DNA of 64,000 nt from Octopus sinensis (taxonomy: Eukaryota), in NCBI RefSeq assembly GCF_006345805.1, contig NC_043025.1, forward strand, positions 12,772,001 through 12,836,000, written 5' to 3'. Each line of letters begins with the position of its first letter. Positions within the stretch are counted from its first letter, which is position 1. The position numbers and the translations under genes are program-made. The notes below the pieces were generated by a model. That model was given only the letters and a program-made list of their open reading frames with translations. It was not told the origin of the DNA and searched no databases. Positions 25,971 through 38,550 of this stretch are shown here, piece by piece.

Positions 25971-26088
25971 AGGAGAAGTTAGACGAAGTGAAGATCTTGT
26001 TGTTGGAGGAGGAATTGAGGAAGCATCAACAGAGGAATTCTTGCCTCGGACAACTTCTGGAACAATCCGAAGAACACAGAAGAGATCA
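25971..26088 (+). CDS. CCDC74: CCDC74-like, exon 4
   Basis: TTTCAG| EEKLDEVKILLLEEELRKHQQRNSCLGQLLEQSEEHRRD, CA|GTGAGT, phase 1-2. Confidence 0.85.
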
Positions 26089-26727
26089 GTGAGTTAAGAC
26101 GAGGAATCATTGATTGCCTCTTTCTCTCTCTCTCTTTCTCTCTCTCTCTTTCTCTCTCTCTCTTTCACTCTCTCTCTTTTTCTTTCTCTCTCTCTTTCTT
26201 TCTCTCTCTCTCTTTCTCTCTCTCTCTCTTTCTTTCTCTCTCTCTTTCTCTCTTTTTTCTTTCTCTCTCTTTCTTTCTCTCTCCCTTTCTTTCTCTCTCT
26301 CTCTTTCTCTCTCTCTTTCTTTCTCTCTCTCTCTTTCTCTCGTTTTCTCTCTCTCTTTCTCTTTCTTTCTCTCTCTCAATTTCTGTTTGTCTCTTCCTCT
26401 TCCTCATTTACATTCCCTTTTCCCTGTCTTTCAGGATGTGTGTCTATGTACGTATGTATGTGTGTGTGTGTGTGTGTGTGTGAGATATCTTATGGTAGTG
26501 GAAAAGTATTTAACTGCTATTTCTAAATTTCAGTATGTGGTGAAGCAATTTTGCTAAACCCTAATTATGAAAATTCTAGTACAGGTGCAGGAGTGGCTGT
26601 GTGGTAAGTAGCTTCCTTATCAGCCACATGGTTCCGGGTTCAGTCCCACTGCGTGACACCTTGGGCCAACCAAAGCCTTGTGAGTGGATATATATATATA
26701 TATATACCTTCGAATTATCACGGAAAC

Positions 26728-26813
26728 CCATGCTGATGAAGAATATGGTTAGTAAAGTATATATTTTTTTATATTCTTTATGAAAAACCTAATTCAGGAA
26801 CGCGCGTCCATGG
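26728..26813 (+). ncRNA. Minimal type-I hammerhead ribozyme motif (one core substitution)
   Basis: Stem I CCATG/CATGG; CTGATGA; stem II GAAT...ATTC; GGAAC instead of GAAAC; palindromic loop GCGC; GTC cleavage triplet. Confidence 0.7.
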
Positions 26814-27095
26814 ACAACCAGATATTGATTGATTTTCGTTGCTTTACTCTCTGCCTGTGTGAATAACCTTCAAGTATTTTGGTTTCTCTGGAAGACCCTT
26901 TTTAAAGTAGAAGAAATGGCTAAGATTTTTGGCTGCTATTTCTGAGCTTCGGTGTGTGGTAAAGCAAATCTTTGCTGAACCCTTTTTATTAGTATTACTT
27001 AAGTTTACCGTGAAACGGTCCTGTTTTCATACCGAATTCTACTTGGTGAAATTATTGATTACTTCTTAATTAATTAATTTTACCCTTTATTATTA

Positions 27096-27136
<41 letters not shown>

Positions 27137-27545
27137 CAGCAAAAGCCTGGGCGACAATGGACTTGTCTCACAGAGAACATTTCTGGTGACTTCTGGGTAC
27201 CCGCTTGTATGTATGCATGTGTGTGCGTTGTGTATGTATGTATGTATGTATGTATGTATGTATGTATGTGTATATGTATGTGTGCGTGTATGTATGTATG
27301 TATATATCTATGCAAGTATGTATATATGTATTTATGTATGTATTTGTGTGTGTGTGTCTCTCTTTGTCGCTCACCACTGCTTGACAACTGGTCCTGTAGT
27401 GTTTATGTCCCTGTAACTTAGTGGTTCAGCAAAAAGAGACCGATAAAACAAACACCAGGCTTAAAAGAGAAAATAAACTAAAACGCAAGTACTGGGGGGT
27501 CGGGCCATTTTAAATGAAATTCTTCAAAAACGAAAAAAAAAAAAA

Positions 27546-28280
27546 GTGGCTGTGTGGTAAGTAGCTTGTTACTAACCACATGGTTCCGGTTCAGTCCCAC
27601 TGCGTGGCACCTTGGGCAAGTGACTTCTACTATAGCCTCGGGCCGACCAAACTTGTGAGTGGATTGGTAGACGGAAACTGAAAAGAAGCCTGTCATATAT
27701 ATGTATTAGGTGTAGGAGTGGCTGTGTGGTAAGTAGCTTGCTAACCAACCACATGGTTCCAGGTTCAGTCCCACTGCGTGGCACCTGGGCAAGTGTCTTC
27801 TACTATATAGCCTCGGGCCGACCAAAGCCTTGTGAGTGGATTTGGTAGACGGAACTGAAAAGAAGCCTGTCATATATATATGTATTAGGTGTAGGAGTGG
27901 CTGTGTGGTAAGTAGCTTGCTAACCAACCACATGGTTCCGGGTTCAGTTCCACTGCGTGGCATCTTGGCAAGTGTCTTCTGCTATAGCCCGGGCCCGACC
28001 AATGCCTTGTGAGTGGATTTGGTAGACGGAAACTGAAAGAAGCCCGTCGTATATATATATATATATATGTGTGTTTGTGTTTGTCCTTCTAGCATCGCTT
28101 GACAACTGATGCTGGTGTGTTTACGTCCCCGTCACTTAGCGGTTCAGCAAAAGAGACCGATAGAATAAGTGCAGGGCTTACAAAAAGAATGAGTCCCGGG
28201 GTCGAGTTGCTCGATTAAAAAGGCGGTGCTCCAGCATGGCCGCAGTCAAGATGACTGAAACCAGTTAAAAGAGAGTAAAA
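27546..28280 (+). mobile_element. CORE-type tRNA SINE with triplicated 5' half
   Basis: GTGGCTGTGTGGTAAGTAGC...GGTTCAGTCCCACTGCGTGGCACCTTGGGCAAG three times, then the family tail. Other copies at 46751-47150, 55598-56190, 58090-58240(-), 58320-58780 and 59784-60650. Confidence 0.85.
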
Positions 28281-28361
28281 GAGAGCGAAAAGAAAAACGT
28301 GTTTTTTCCATATTTGACGAAATATTCACCGCTTTTTCTTTCGTTTCCCCCTGGGGCACAG

Positions 28362-28566
28362 AATTATGACGATAGATTCCCTGCGATACCAACTCGCCCA
28401 GATTGGTGCCAAGTTCTGCAACGACGTGAAGTACGCTGGCCACCACCATTCGGGAATGCATTCCTACGTCACCGCGAACCACCACATGAACCAACACATG
28501 TCCATGCTGGAGCTACAGAACATTATCAAAAACCTGCAGGAGATCAACGACAGCCAATCGCACGAG
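28362..28566 (+). CDS. CCDC74: CCDC74-like, exon 5
   Basis: CACAG| IMTIDSLRYQLAQIG...LQNIIKNLQEINDSQSHE, GAG|GTAAAC, phase 2-0. Confidence 0.85.
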
Positions 28567-28606
28567 GTAAACGGGGTTTGAGAGTATACCCCTTGTTTAA
28601 CCCCTT

Positions 28607-28862
28607 TACTACTACTACTGCTACTACTACTACTGCTACTACTACTTATACTACTACTACTACTACTACTACTACAACTACTAATACAACTACTACTACT
28701 ACTACTACTACTACTACAACTACTAATACTACTACAACTACTACTAATACTACTACAACTACTACTACTACTACAACTACTACAACTACTACTACTACAA
28801 CTACTACTACTACTACAACTACTACTACAACTACTACTATTACTACAACTACTACTACTACA

Positions 28863-28895
<33 letters not shown>

Positions 28896-29735
28896 GTAGC
28901 CATTATCACATTCCTGAACAACATTAGCATTGTCTTCACCACCATCAGCGTCAGTGCCACCACAACCACCATCATCATCATCATCATTATTATCACCATC
29001 ATCACCCCTGTCATCTCCACTACCACCACCACCACCACCACAGCCACCACTACCACCACCACCACAGCTACCATCATCATCATCATCATCACCTTGTCAT
29101 CACCACCACCATCACCAAGGCCACCATCATCATCATCATCATCATCCGTCATCACCACCACCACCATCATCATCACCACCACCACCACCATCACCACCAC
29201 AGCCACCATCATCATCATTATCATCACCACCACCGTTATCACTATTACCATCATCACCACATCTGTCATCATTGCCACCCTATCAGCATTACCATCACCA
29301 CCACCACAACTATATCCAACACAGCCACCATCATCAGCATTACCATCACCACCACCACAACTATATCCAACACAGCCACCATCATCAGCATTACCATCAC
29401 CACCACCACAACTATATCCAACACAGCCACCATCATCAGCATACCATCACCACCACCACAACTATATCCAACACAGCCACCTCATCAGCATTACCATCAC
29501 CACCACCACAACTATATCCAACACAGCCACCATCATCAGCATTACCATCACCACCACCACAACTATATCCAACACAGCCACCATCATCAGCATTACCATC
29601 ACCACCACCACAACTATATCCAACACAGCCACCATCATCAGCATTACCATCACCACCACCACAACTATATCCAACACAGCCACCATCATCAGCATTACCA
29701 TCACCACCACCACAACTATATCCAACACAGCCACT
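28607..29735. repeat. Intronic (ACT)n/(CAT,CAC)n tract followed by a 51-bp minisatellite (about 9 copies, 29283-29735)
   Basis: Unit TCAGCATTACCATCACCACCACCACAACTATATCCAACACAGCCACCATCA. Confidence 0.9.
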
Positions 29736-29945
29736 ATCACCTCCACCGCCACAACCAACTCCAGTGACTTTACCTTTCATCCTTTCGGTGTCGATAAATT
29801 AAGTACCAGTTACGCACTGGGGTCGATGTAATCGACTTAATCCGTCTGCCTGTCCTTGTTTGTCCCCTCTGTGTTTAGCCCCTTGTGGGTAGTAAAGAAA
29901 TAAGTATTTTGTTGTTGTGTCCTCGTGTGTGTTTTCTTTTTACAG

Positions 29946-30112
29946 CTCGAAGCCCTAAAGTCTGACCTCAGGGATGTCTTATACTCACACAAGTGGACCC
30001 CGGATGCCTACCTCATAGCTAAGGCGTATATCGCTTTCGATGATGCTAAGGCAGCTCAGAAGGACCACAGTAAACCTTTAAGGTCGACACCTAAAATGCT
30101 CTCAAAGAAGGA
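29946..30112 (+). CDS. CCDC74: CCDC74-like, exon 6
   Basis: TTACAG| [30 protein letters not shown]..., GA|GTAAGT, phase 0-2. Confidence 0.88.
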
Positions 30113-30372
30113 GTAAGTCACTCAATTCTCAGACTCTCTCTCTCTATATTGATCTTTATATCTATCTCGTTAGCTGTTTACATGTCTATCCATCTATCGC
30201 TCTCTCTATTCTTTATATGTCCATCCATCCATCGATTTGTCTGTCTGTCTGTCTGTCTCTCTCTCTTTTTATCTATCTGTCTATCTATCTATCTATTTAT
30301 CTGTCTGTCTGTCTGTCAGTATGTCTATCTATCTATCTATTTATCTACCGATCTATCTATCTATTTATCTAC

Positions 30373-30422
<50 letters not shown>

Positions 30423-30647
30423 GTTTGTCTGTCTATCTATCTGTCTATCTATCCATCTATCTATCCATCCATCCATCCATCTATCTGTCTGTCTGTCTGT
30501 CTATCTATATCTACCTATCTATCCATCTATCTATCTATCTGTCTGTCTTGTCTGTCTGTCTGTCTATGTATCTATCTATTTCTTGCTTTTTTTTTTCTCT
30601 CTCTGTTTATTGCTCTCACTATCTCTCTCTCTCTCTCTCTACCACAG

Positions 30648-30795
30648 GCTGGAGGATCGTGGAGCTGCCGCTGTCGCCGACAACCTCACACTCCCTCCGC
30701 TGAAGCAGACGGTAGGCAACGCCGCAGTGGAACGACGGAAGCGAACTCGGACCCTGCAGAAACGGAGGATGAAAGACAGGGAAATGATGTTTTGA
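30648..30795 (+). CDS. CCDC74: CCDC74-like, last coding exon
   Basis: Polypyrimidine tract-ACAG| ...[36 protein letters not shown], resembling the CCDC74 C-terminal LPALKQ..AERQKR..LQK motif. Spliced CDS is 1407 nt = 468 aa plus stop. Confidence 0.88.
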
Positions 30796-31370
30796 AAAGA
30801 AGCAAGCATTCTCTGGACACCCCCCCCCCCCCACCCCCGGGACACCCCTTCCTTGCCCCCTACCTCTGCACAACTTGCACTCACGACCACACCCCCACTC
30901 TCCCGCCCAACCCACTGTAACCCGTTCTGCCCCGCTGTCACCGTTTCCAAAGACCTGGACTGCTCTGCAGCCTCTTCTACTTTCACTTTCACAATCATCA
31001 TCATCATCAGTAATAATGGGCATCATCGTTGTCGATATCGTCCTTCGTTTCTTTTGTCTTTCTTTCTTTCTTTTCCTCTTCTCTTTCAGGTGACCATGTG
31101 GTGGTGGCGGCGGCAGCGGAGATGGCAAGACGAACAAAGGGGAAGTTCCTTTTTCCACATACACACACACACACATACGCACAGACACACACGCACAGAC
31201 ATATACACATATATATGCACATGCACACTCACCCCTCCATACACATGCACACAAACACATGCAGACATGTATTCACATACATGAAAGGCACACACACACA
31301 CATGTAGGCAAACACACATACGCATGCACACACACCCACACGTTTATTCACATGTGCCTGTTCACACAAG

Positions 31371-31408
<38 letters not shown>

Positions 31409-32121
31409 AACACATAGATGTAAGTGCATACAGACATACATATGCATGTAAGCATGCACACACACACACTCATATGCACATATGCAGGTGTGTTGGTGCA
31501 CATATACAGTTGCATGTATATACACTTGTATGCACACACATACACACACAGACTTGCACATACACAAATACACATACATGTATTCACACACACACACACA
31601 CACTTGCACACGTATTCACACACACGTACACACATGTATTCACACACACGTACACACATGTATTCACACACACGTACACACATGTATTCACACACACTTG
31701 CACACAATCGAACACACATACACACATGCATGAACACACATGCACACACACACACACACACACACACTTGCACACATGTTCACACACACGTACACACATG
31801 TATTCACACACACGTACACACATGTATTCACACACACTTGCACACAATCGAACACACATACACACATGCATGCACACACATACACACACACACACACACA
31901 CACTTGCACATACTCAGACACACATACACACATGTATGCAAACACACACACAGACACACGTACACACAGCCATATACACACACGCATGCATCACACACAC
32001 ACATGCCACCGTCCGCCATCCCGACCACCACCACCCTCATCATTTCTAGAGCCACCATGACCACCACCACCAACAACCATTGACGCCATCAACACCATTT
32101 TGCTCTGTGTATATTGTTCGC

Positions 32122-32127
32122 AATAAA
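32122..32127 (+). terminator. Candidate polyadenylation signal of the CCDC74-like gene
   Basis: AATAAA followed by a GT/T-rich tract, 1.3 kb after the stop codon. Confidence 0.5.
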
Positions 32128-32438
32128 TGCATTGTTATTTTTGCTGTTGTTGTTGTTGTCAATTTTTATGTGGATCAGTGAGAAGTGATGGCACGAATCC
32201 ATCTCCCTCAGCTGAGGGCTCTTGTAACATTACACCCAGTACGTTCTGCAAAGTGGTTGGCATTTGGAAGGGCATCCAGCCATAGAAACCAGGCCAAAGA
32301 AGACACTAGGGTTTGGCACAACCTTTCCGCTCCCTGGATTCTGTTTAACTGTCCAACCCATGCCAACATGGAAAACAGACATTTAATAATGATGAGTAGG
32401 AAATATTATATATACATAAATAAATAATACATACATAC

Positions 32439-32477
<39 letters not shown>

Positions 32478-32483
<6 letters not shown>

Positions 32484-32758
32484 AAAGGGCTTAGTAAAAT
32501 AAATTACTTTGCCGCATACTGAACTCATTAGAAATAGCAGCTAAAAAACTTTTTTAAAGCTATTCTAATACTTAAAGAAAATCTCTCTCATATATAGTGT
32601 TGCTTAATTCAACTCAATTGTGAGTTGAATTAAGCAAACACTATATATGAGAGAGATTTTCTTTAAGTATTAGAAATAGCTTTAAAAGTTTTTTTAGCTG
32701 CTATTCTAATGAGTTCAGTATGCGGCAAAGTAATTATTTTACTAAGCCCTTTTATATA
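32478..32758. repeat. 280-bp near-perfect fold-back element beside (TA)n
   Basis: Arms TATAAAAGGGCTTAGTAAAAT...TTCAACTCA / TGAGTTGAA...ATTTTACTAAGCCCTTTTATA, loop ATTG. Confidence 0.93.
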
Positions 32759-32971
32759 AGTAATAATTTGAATTCGCCTTGAATGGTCCCTTTGCATACT
32801 GAACACTTGGTGAAATTGATTAATAGTTATTAATTTTGCCCTCAATGTTGAAATTATATATATATATATATATATAAAGTTAATCCAAACATGAAAACAC
32901 AAAGAGAAAACACAACAAGGCGAGGATGTGGAACAAATATAGTATTATTGGACGCTCAGGAAAGATGGAGG

Positions 32972-33007
32972 GTTTAATGTTTCGAGCAGAGGCTCTTCGT
33001 CAGAAAC
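32972..33007 (-). ncRNA. Minimal hammerhead ribozyme motif (AACGTT type, probable CpG decay)
   Basis: Minus strand: GTTT-CTGACGA-AGAGC-CTCT-GCTC-GAAAC-ATT-AAAC. It lies in a 200-bp element between (TA)n tracts (32878-33086). Confidence 0.65.
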
Positions 33008-34072
33008 ATAGGAAAAGGAAAGATCCAGAGAAGGGAAGACGGAGGGAAAAAAATCGCCAACGGTACACACGAGGTCACATTTTGAATATATATATATATA
33101 TATCATCATCATCGTCATCATTTAGCATCCGCCTTCCATGCTGTCATGGGTCAAACAGTTTGACCGGGACCGAGACAAAACTACAGATTTCTGCCCCCGC
33201 CCCGGGCGGATTTTGGATGATCATAACTTTCAGAAAAATGGATATTTTTTTAATAAAATTTTCTACGAATATGTGTTATAACTTGTAAATTCTGAATGTG
33301 CAAAATTGGGGGGGGGCCGTGTTCTAGGAGCGGGGTGTTGGGGAATTTCAGAAAATTCACCAGAGTCCACTTCAATTCGTTTTAACTTTCAAGAAAATAG
33401 GTATTTTTTAATAAAATTTTCTGCAAATATACCTCGGACTATGTAAATTCCGAGGGCATAGGAATTTGGGGGAAAGACAATTGGGGGCTATTTTTAAGAA
33501 CGGTTCTCCACTCGGGGGTGTTTCGGAACAAGTCGTCCATATTTGTTTCATTTTTCTCCGTGTTGCACGTTTGTGCATCCGTAGATTTCTACTGCCGTAA
33601 CGGGCAATGAAGGCAAATGAAGCCCTCACCAGGAAACTCGTTATGCTAAAAATAACAGCTAAAGGTCTAAACGTTTCTAATAGAAAGACATCGAATGGAA
33701 TAATTTCCCGTTTAAACTTTTTTAATCACATATGTGTGTGTGTGAGGACACTAAGAATAAGCATACCACCCTTTGTGGGGGTTTTTTTCCTACAGATTCC
33801 AACCTTGTCTCCAAAGGGAATTCTGAATATGCAAAAACATGCTTTTAGACTTTTCAATACTTCTGCCTCCCTACAGTTAAAGAAAAGAAATTATTGAGAT
33901 GGAGTGTGATCGGGATTTTTTTTCCACCTCAGCCCCTCGCATTTAAAAATCATGAGAAAAGCCTTTTCGGTACCCCTTTAAATAATACACCTTTTCTGGT
34001 GAACAATATCTTTTTTTTCTTTTTAACCGTTAAAACTTCCCCCCTCTTTTTTAAGTGCGTACTACAGAAGAG

Positions 34073-34460
34073 TGGAAGCGCAATGGCCCGGTGGTTAGGG
34101 CAGCGGACTCGCGGTCGTAGGATCGCGGTTTCGATTCCCAGACCGGGCGTTGTGAGTGTTTATTGAGCGAAAACACCTAAAAGCTCCACGAGGCTCCGGC
34201 AGGGGCTGGTGGTGATCCCTGCTGTACTCTTTCACCACAACTTTCTCTCACTCTTACTTCCTGTTTCTGTTGTACCTGTATTTCAAAGGGGCCGGCCTTG
34301 TCACTCTCTGTGTCACGCTGAATATCCCCGAGAACTACGTTAAGGGTGCACGTGTCTGTGGAGTGCTCAGCCACTTACACGTTAAGTTCACGAGCAGGTT
34401 GTTCCGTTGATTCGGATCAACCGGAACCCTCGTCGTCGCAACCGACGGAGTGCTTCCATC
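34073..34460 (+). mobile_element. Full-length tRNA SINE family A flanked by an about 83-bp direct duplication
   Basis: 33985-34067 is repeated at 34467-34551. Confidence 0.85.
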
Positions 34461-34911
34461 CAAATCATACACCTTTTCTGGTGAACAATATCTTTTTTCC
34501 TTTTTAACCGTTAAAGACTTCCCCCCTTTTTTTTTTAAGTGCGTACTACAGAGAAAAAAAACTGGCCGAAATCGGTCTGGATAGGGGCAAAGAGGAGAAG
34601 AGAGGGGGGTGAGAAAAAGTTAGACTTTGGTGAAAAAGAAATTCGAAAAATCATCGTCAAAACGGAGATTTTTGATCCGAAATTCGACCAATACTGAAAT
34701 TCGCCATTACTCATTTTGCCCCGATTTAGACATGATTTTTTTGAAAATGGAAAATTATCAAATTAGACATTACTGTAAAGAAAAATTTGACATGGAATTC
34801 AACAGAGAAAAGAATATTAATTGTTAAACAGCAAAAATTATCCAGATATTTGATTTGCAACTTCAATTACAATCGATTCGAAGTTGAGGAAAAATTTCTT
34901 GAAAGTAAAGT

Positions 34912-35600
34912 ACCTATTTCTTTACTACCCACAAGGGGCTAAACATAGAGGAGACAAACAAAGACAGACATAGGTATTAAGTCGATTACATCGACCCCAG
35001 TGCGTAACTGGTACCTAATTTACCGACCCTGAAAGGATGAAAGGCAAAGTCGACCTCGGCGGAATTTGAACTCAGAACGTAGCGGCAGACGAAATACCTA
35101 TTTCTTTACTACCCACAAGGGGCTAAACACAGAGGGGACAAACAAGGACAGACAAAGGGATTAAGTCGATTACATCGATCCCAGTGCATAACTAGTACTT
35201 AATTTATCGACCCCGAAAGGATGAAAGGCAATGTCGACCTCAGCGGAATTTGAACTCAGAACGTAACGGCAGACGTAATACCTATTTCTTTACTACCCAC
35301 AAGGGGCTAAAGACAGAGGGGACAAACAAAGACAGACAAACGGATTAAGTCGATTACATCGACCCCAGTGCGTAACTGGTACTTAATTTATCGACCCCCG
35401 AAAGGATGAAAGGCAAAGTCGACCTCGGCGGAATTTGAACTCAGAACATAAAGACAGACGAAATACCTATTTCTTTACTACCCACAAGGGGCTAAACACA
35501 GAGGGGACAAACAAAGACAGACATAGGTATTAAGTCAATTATATCGACCCCAGTGCGTAACTGGTACTTAATTTATCGACCCCGAAAGGATGAAAGAAAA
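34912..35600 (-). mobile_element. Meta-type SINE body in tandem (about 4 x 185 bp)
   Basis: Repeated TACCTATTTCTTTACTACCCACAAGGGGCTAAAC...GAAAGGATGAAAGGCAAAGTCGACCTCGGCGGAATTTGAAC. Confidence 0.85.
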
Positions 35601-35840
35601 GTACCTGTCACCTGTCGCACACCCTATAGTAATTTCAAATATTTGGCGAAAAATATAGACAGAAGATATGTGCAATAATTCTAAAGCCGAAAAAAATATT
35701 TTTAGCAGCTGTGAGATGTAATTTTATAACTAAAGCTAAATTCAAAATTTACATTTAAGAACATTTCTTGTTCGTTCGTTCGTTCATAAAGACCAGTTTT
35801 CGCTGCCCCAAAGAAATAATGGAGTTTACAAGTGCCAATA

Positions 35841-36227
35841 TCTTCTCTCTATATATAAACGGCAGTTTGTCTGTGCGTGTTTCTGTGTGTCTGTTTTCTC
35901 GTACCCTCACCCTGACCACGGCTTTCAACCGATTCTGATGAAACTTGACACACACATAGCCCAATGTCATAATTCAAAACTAACGCAGCGAAAAATTTTG
36001 AAAAGTTCCCCCCAGTTCTGAAAAAAATCGATAAATTCGACATGGGGTCGAGAATCAGAAACACAAACCACAAATTGTCTAGGGGACGCAACTCCACCTT
36101 TTTAACTCTAAAAAAAATTTACCATCATTTTTTTCCATTTTTTTGCTATTTTTTTGCTATAACTCTCTAAAAATGCTTTATAGTTATTTCCCTTACAAAT
36201 CTGAGCAACGCCGGGTGATACTGCTAG
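35841..36227 (+). mobile_element. Non-autonomous Helitron
   Basis: TC...TCTATATATAAAC start; GAGCAACGCCGGGTGATACTGCTAG|T end. Confidence 0.8.
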
Positions 36228-36241
36228 TATATATATATATA

Positions 36242-36843
36242 CTAGCAGTATCGCCCGGCGTTGCTCGGGTTTGTAAGGGAAATAACTACATAAGCATTTT
36301 TAGAGAGTTATACCCAAAAAATAGCAAAAAAATGCATCAAAAATGGAAAAAAAATTATGGTAAATTTTTTTTTAAATCGTAGACTCATCGTAGACATTTT
36401 TAGAGAGTTACTTCCCTTATATAATAGCGAAAAAATGCATTAAAATGGGAAAAAAATTATGGTAAATTATTTTTTAAATCGTAGACTCATCGTAGAGATT
36501 TTTAGAGAGTTACTTCCCTTATATAATAGCGAAAAAATGCATTAAAATGGAAAAAAAATTATAGTAAATTTTTTTTAAATCGTTGACTCATCGTAGACAT
36601 TTTTAGAGAGTTACTTCCCTTATATAATAGCGAAAAAATGCATTAAAATGGAAAAAAAATTATGGTAATTTTTTTTTTAAATCGTAGACTCATCGTAGAC
36701 GCGCGCTAATACCCAGAAGGGCTCGATATGAATCACGACTATAAGATACCCGGTTTTGGTTAAACTGCACCGCAAAATGTGGGAGTAGTTAGGATTCTAA
36801 ATCGTAGGAGACAGACACACAACTTCACTTTTACATATAAAGA
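36242..36843 (-). mobile_element. Non-autonomous Helitron, same family as 23771-24369
   Basis: Same termini and internal 80-bp repeats. Confidence 0.82.
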
Positions 36844-36974
36844 TAAATATGTATATGTGTGTATGCGTCTTTAATTTAAGTGTCACTGGTCAACCATGCA
36901 TTGTAGAATCAAATTTTTAGCTTCTTTCTGTTAAACTACTTCTTCACGTATGTATAAATATATAATAATATCAT

Positions 36975-38550
36975 ATGGTGCGGCCTCACCTGGAATTTGC
37001 ATCACCGTCTAGAACCCCTAAACGCCTATCTTGCCCAGGATATTAATCGCCTGGAAGCCGTTCAGCGAGGTGCAACCAAGAGAATACCCTCCATCAGGCA
37101 TTTGCCATATTCTGAACGCCTTACTTCTTCCCTGGGCATGGACACATTGGAACTCCGACGTCTGGCAGCTGACTTGGCAGACACCCATAAAATTATCAAC
37201 CATCTTACAAACAATAACTCTGAGCACCTTTTCAAACTCCACCAGTCTAACACCCGTGGACATGTTTAAAAAGTCAGAAAACAGCACAGCTCCTTCCATG
37301 ACTTTCGGAAACATTTTTTCACGCTGAGAGTTGCTGAAGCATGGAACAAACTGCCGGCATCAGTTGTTAGTTGTCGGAGCACTGCATCCTTCAAAACTTC
37401 CATGCTTCCTAAGATTCACCAACACTACACCTGATCTTCTTCCCTCCATACACACGCTGAAGCATGGAACAAACTGCCGGCATCAGTTGTTAGTTGCGGA
37501 TCCGTGGGATAAGCTGCCGGACGAGATGGTGAAGATGCCGACGACCGCTCAGTTCAAAGTCTCCCTTGACCACAAGTGGCCTGAACTCTTTACATGAACA
37601 CCACCCTGTACATAACTCCATGTCCCCCTACATGGCCTTGCTTGTTGCTTTTTCAACCAAAAAATTAACCAACTAACTAACATACATAAAGCAAAATATA
37701 CAAATCTGCACATATACAGGCATGCATGCATACATATGTTTACAAAGTCAGAAAACAGCACAGCTCTGGCAGCTGACTTGGCAGACAACCATAAAATTAT
37801 CAACCATCGTACAAACAATAACTCTGAGCACCTTTTCAAACTCCACCCGTCTAACACCCGTGGACATATTTACAAAGTCAGAAAACAGCACAGCTCCTTC
37901 CATGACTTTCGGAAACATTTTTTCACGCTGAGAATTGCTGAAGCATGGAACAAACTGCCGGCATCAGTTGTTGGAGCATTGCATCCTTCAAAACTTCCAT
38001 GCTTCCTAAGATTCGCCAACACTACACCTGATCTTCTCCTCCCCTCCATACACACAAGCAAGCATCTATCTGACTCATACACTGTTCACTTCCCAGACAT
38101 TTCTACATCACTGCAGATGCTTTATACGCACTTTGGACAAGTTGTGGGGCACCTGAGCACTGTATACAATAATTTCATTATTATAATTATTCCTAAGATT
38201 CGCCAACACTACACCTGATCTTCTCCTCCCCTCCATACACACAAGCAAGCATCTATCTGACTCATACACTGTTCACTTCCCAGACATTTCTACATCACTG
38301 CAGATGCTTTATACGCACTTTGGACAAGTTGTGGGGCACCTGAGCACTGTATACAATAATTTCATTATTATAATTATTCCTAAGATTCGCCAACACTACA
38401 CCTGATCTTCTCCCCTCCATACACACAAGCAAGCATCTATCTGACTCATACACTGTTCACTTCCCAGACATTTCTACATCACTGCAGATGCTTTATACGC
38501 ACTTTGGACAAGTTGTGGGGCACCTGAGCACTGTATACAATAATTTAATT
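36975..38550 (+). mobile_element. CR1-like LINE ORF2 3' fragments (frameshifted, partly duplicated) with three tandem 3' ends
   Basis: VRPHLEF..YLAQDINRLEAVQRGATKRIP..YSERL..LELRRL..NTRGH..FRKHFFTLRIAEAWNKLP, the typical CR1/L2-group post-RT C-terminus. Confidence 0.88.

Noticed and set aside
28299-29831. 510-aa Thr/His/Pro-rich mucin-like ORFs
   Set aside because: Translations of trinucleotide and 51-bp repeats lying mostly in intron 5 of the CCDC74-like gene.
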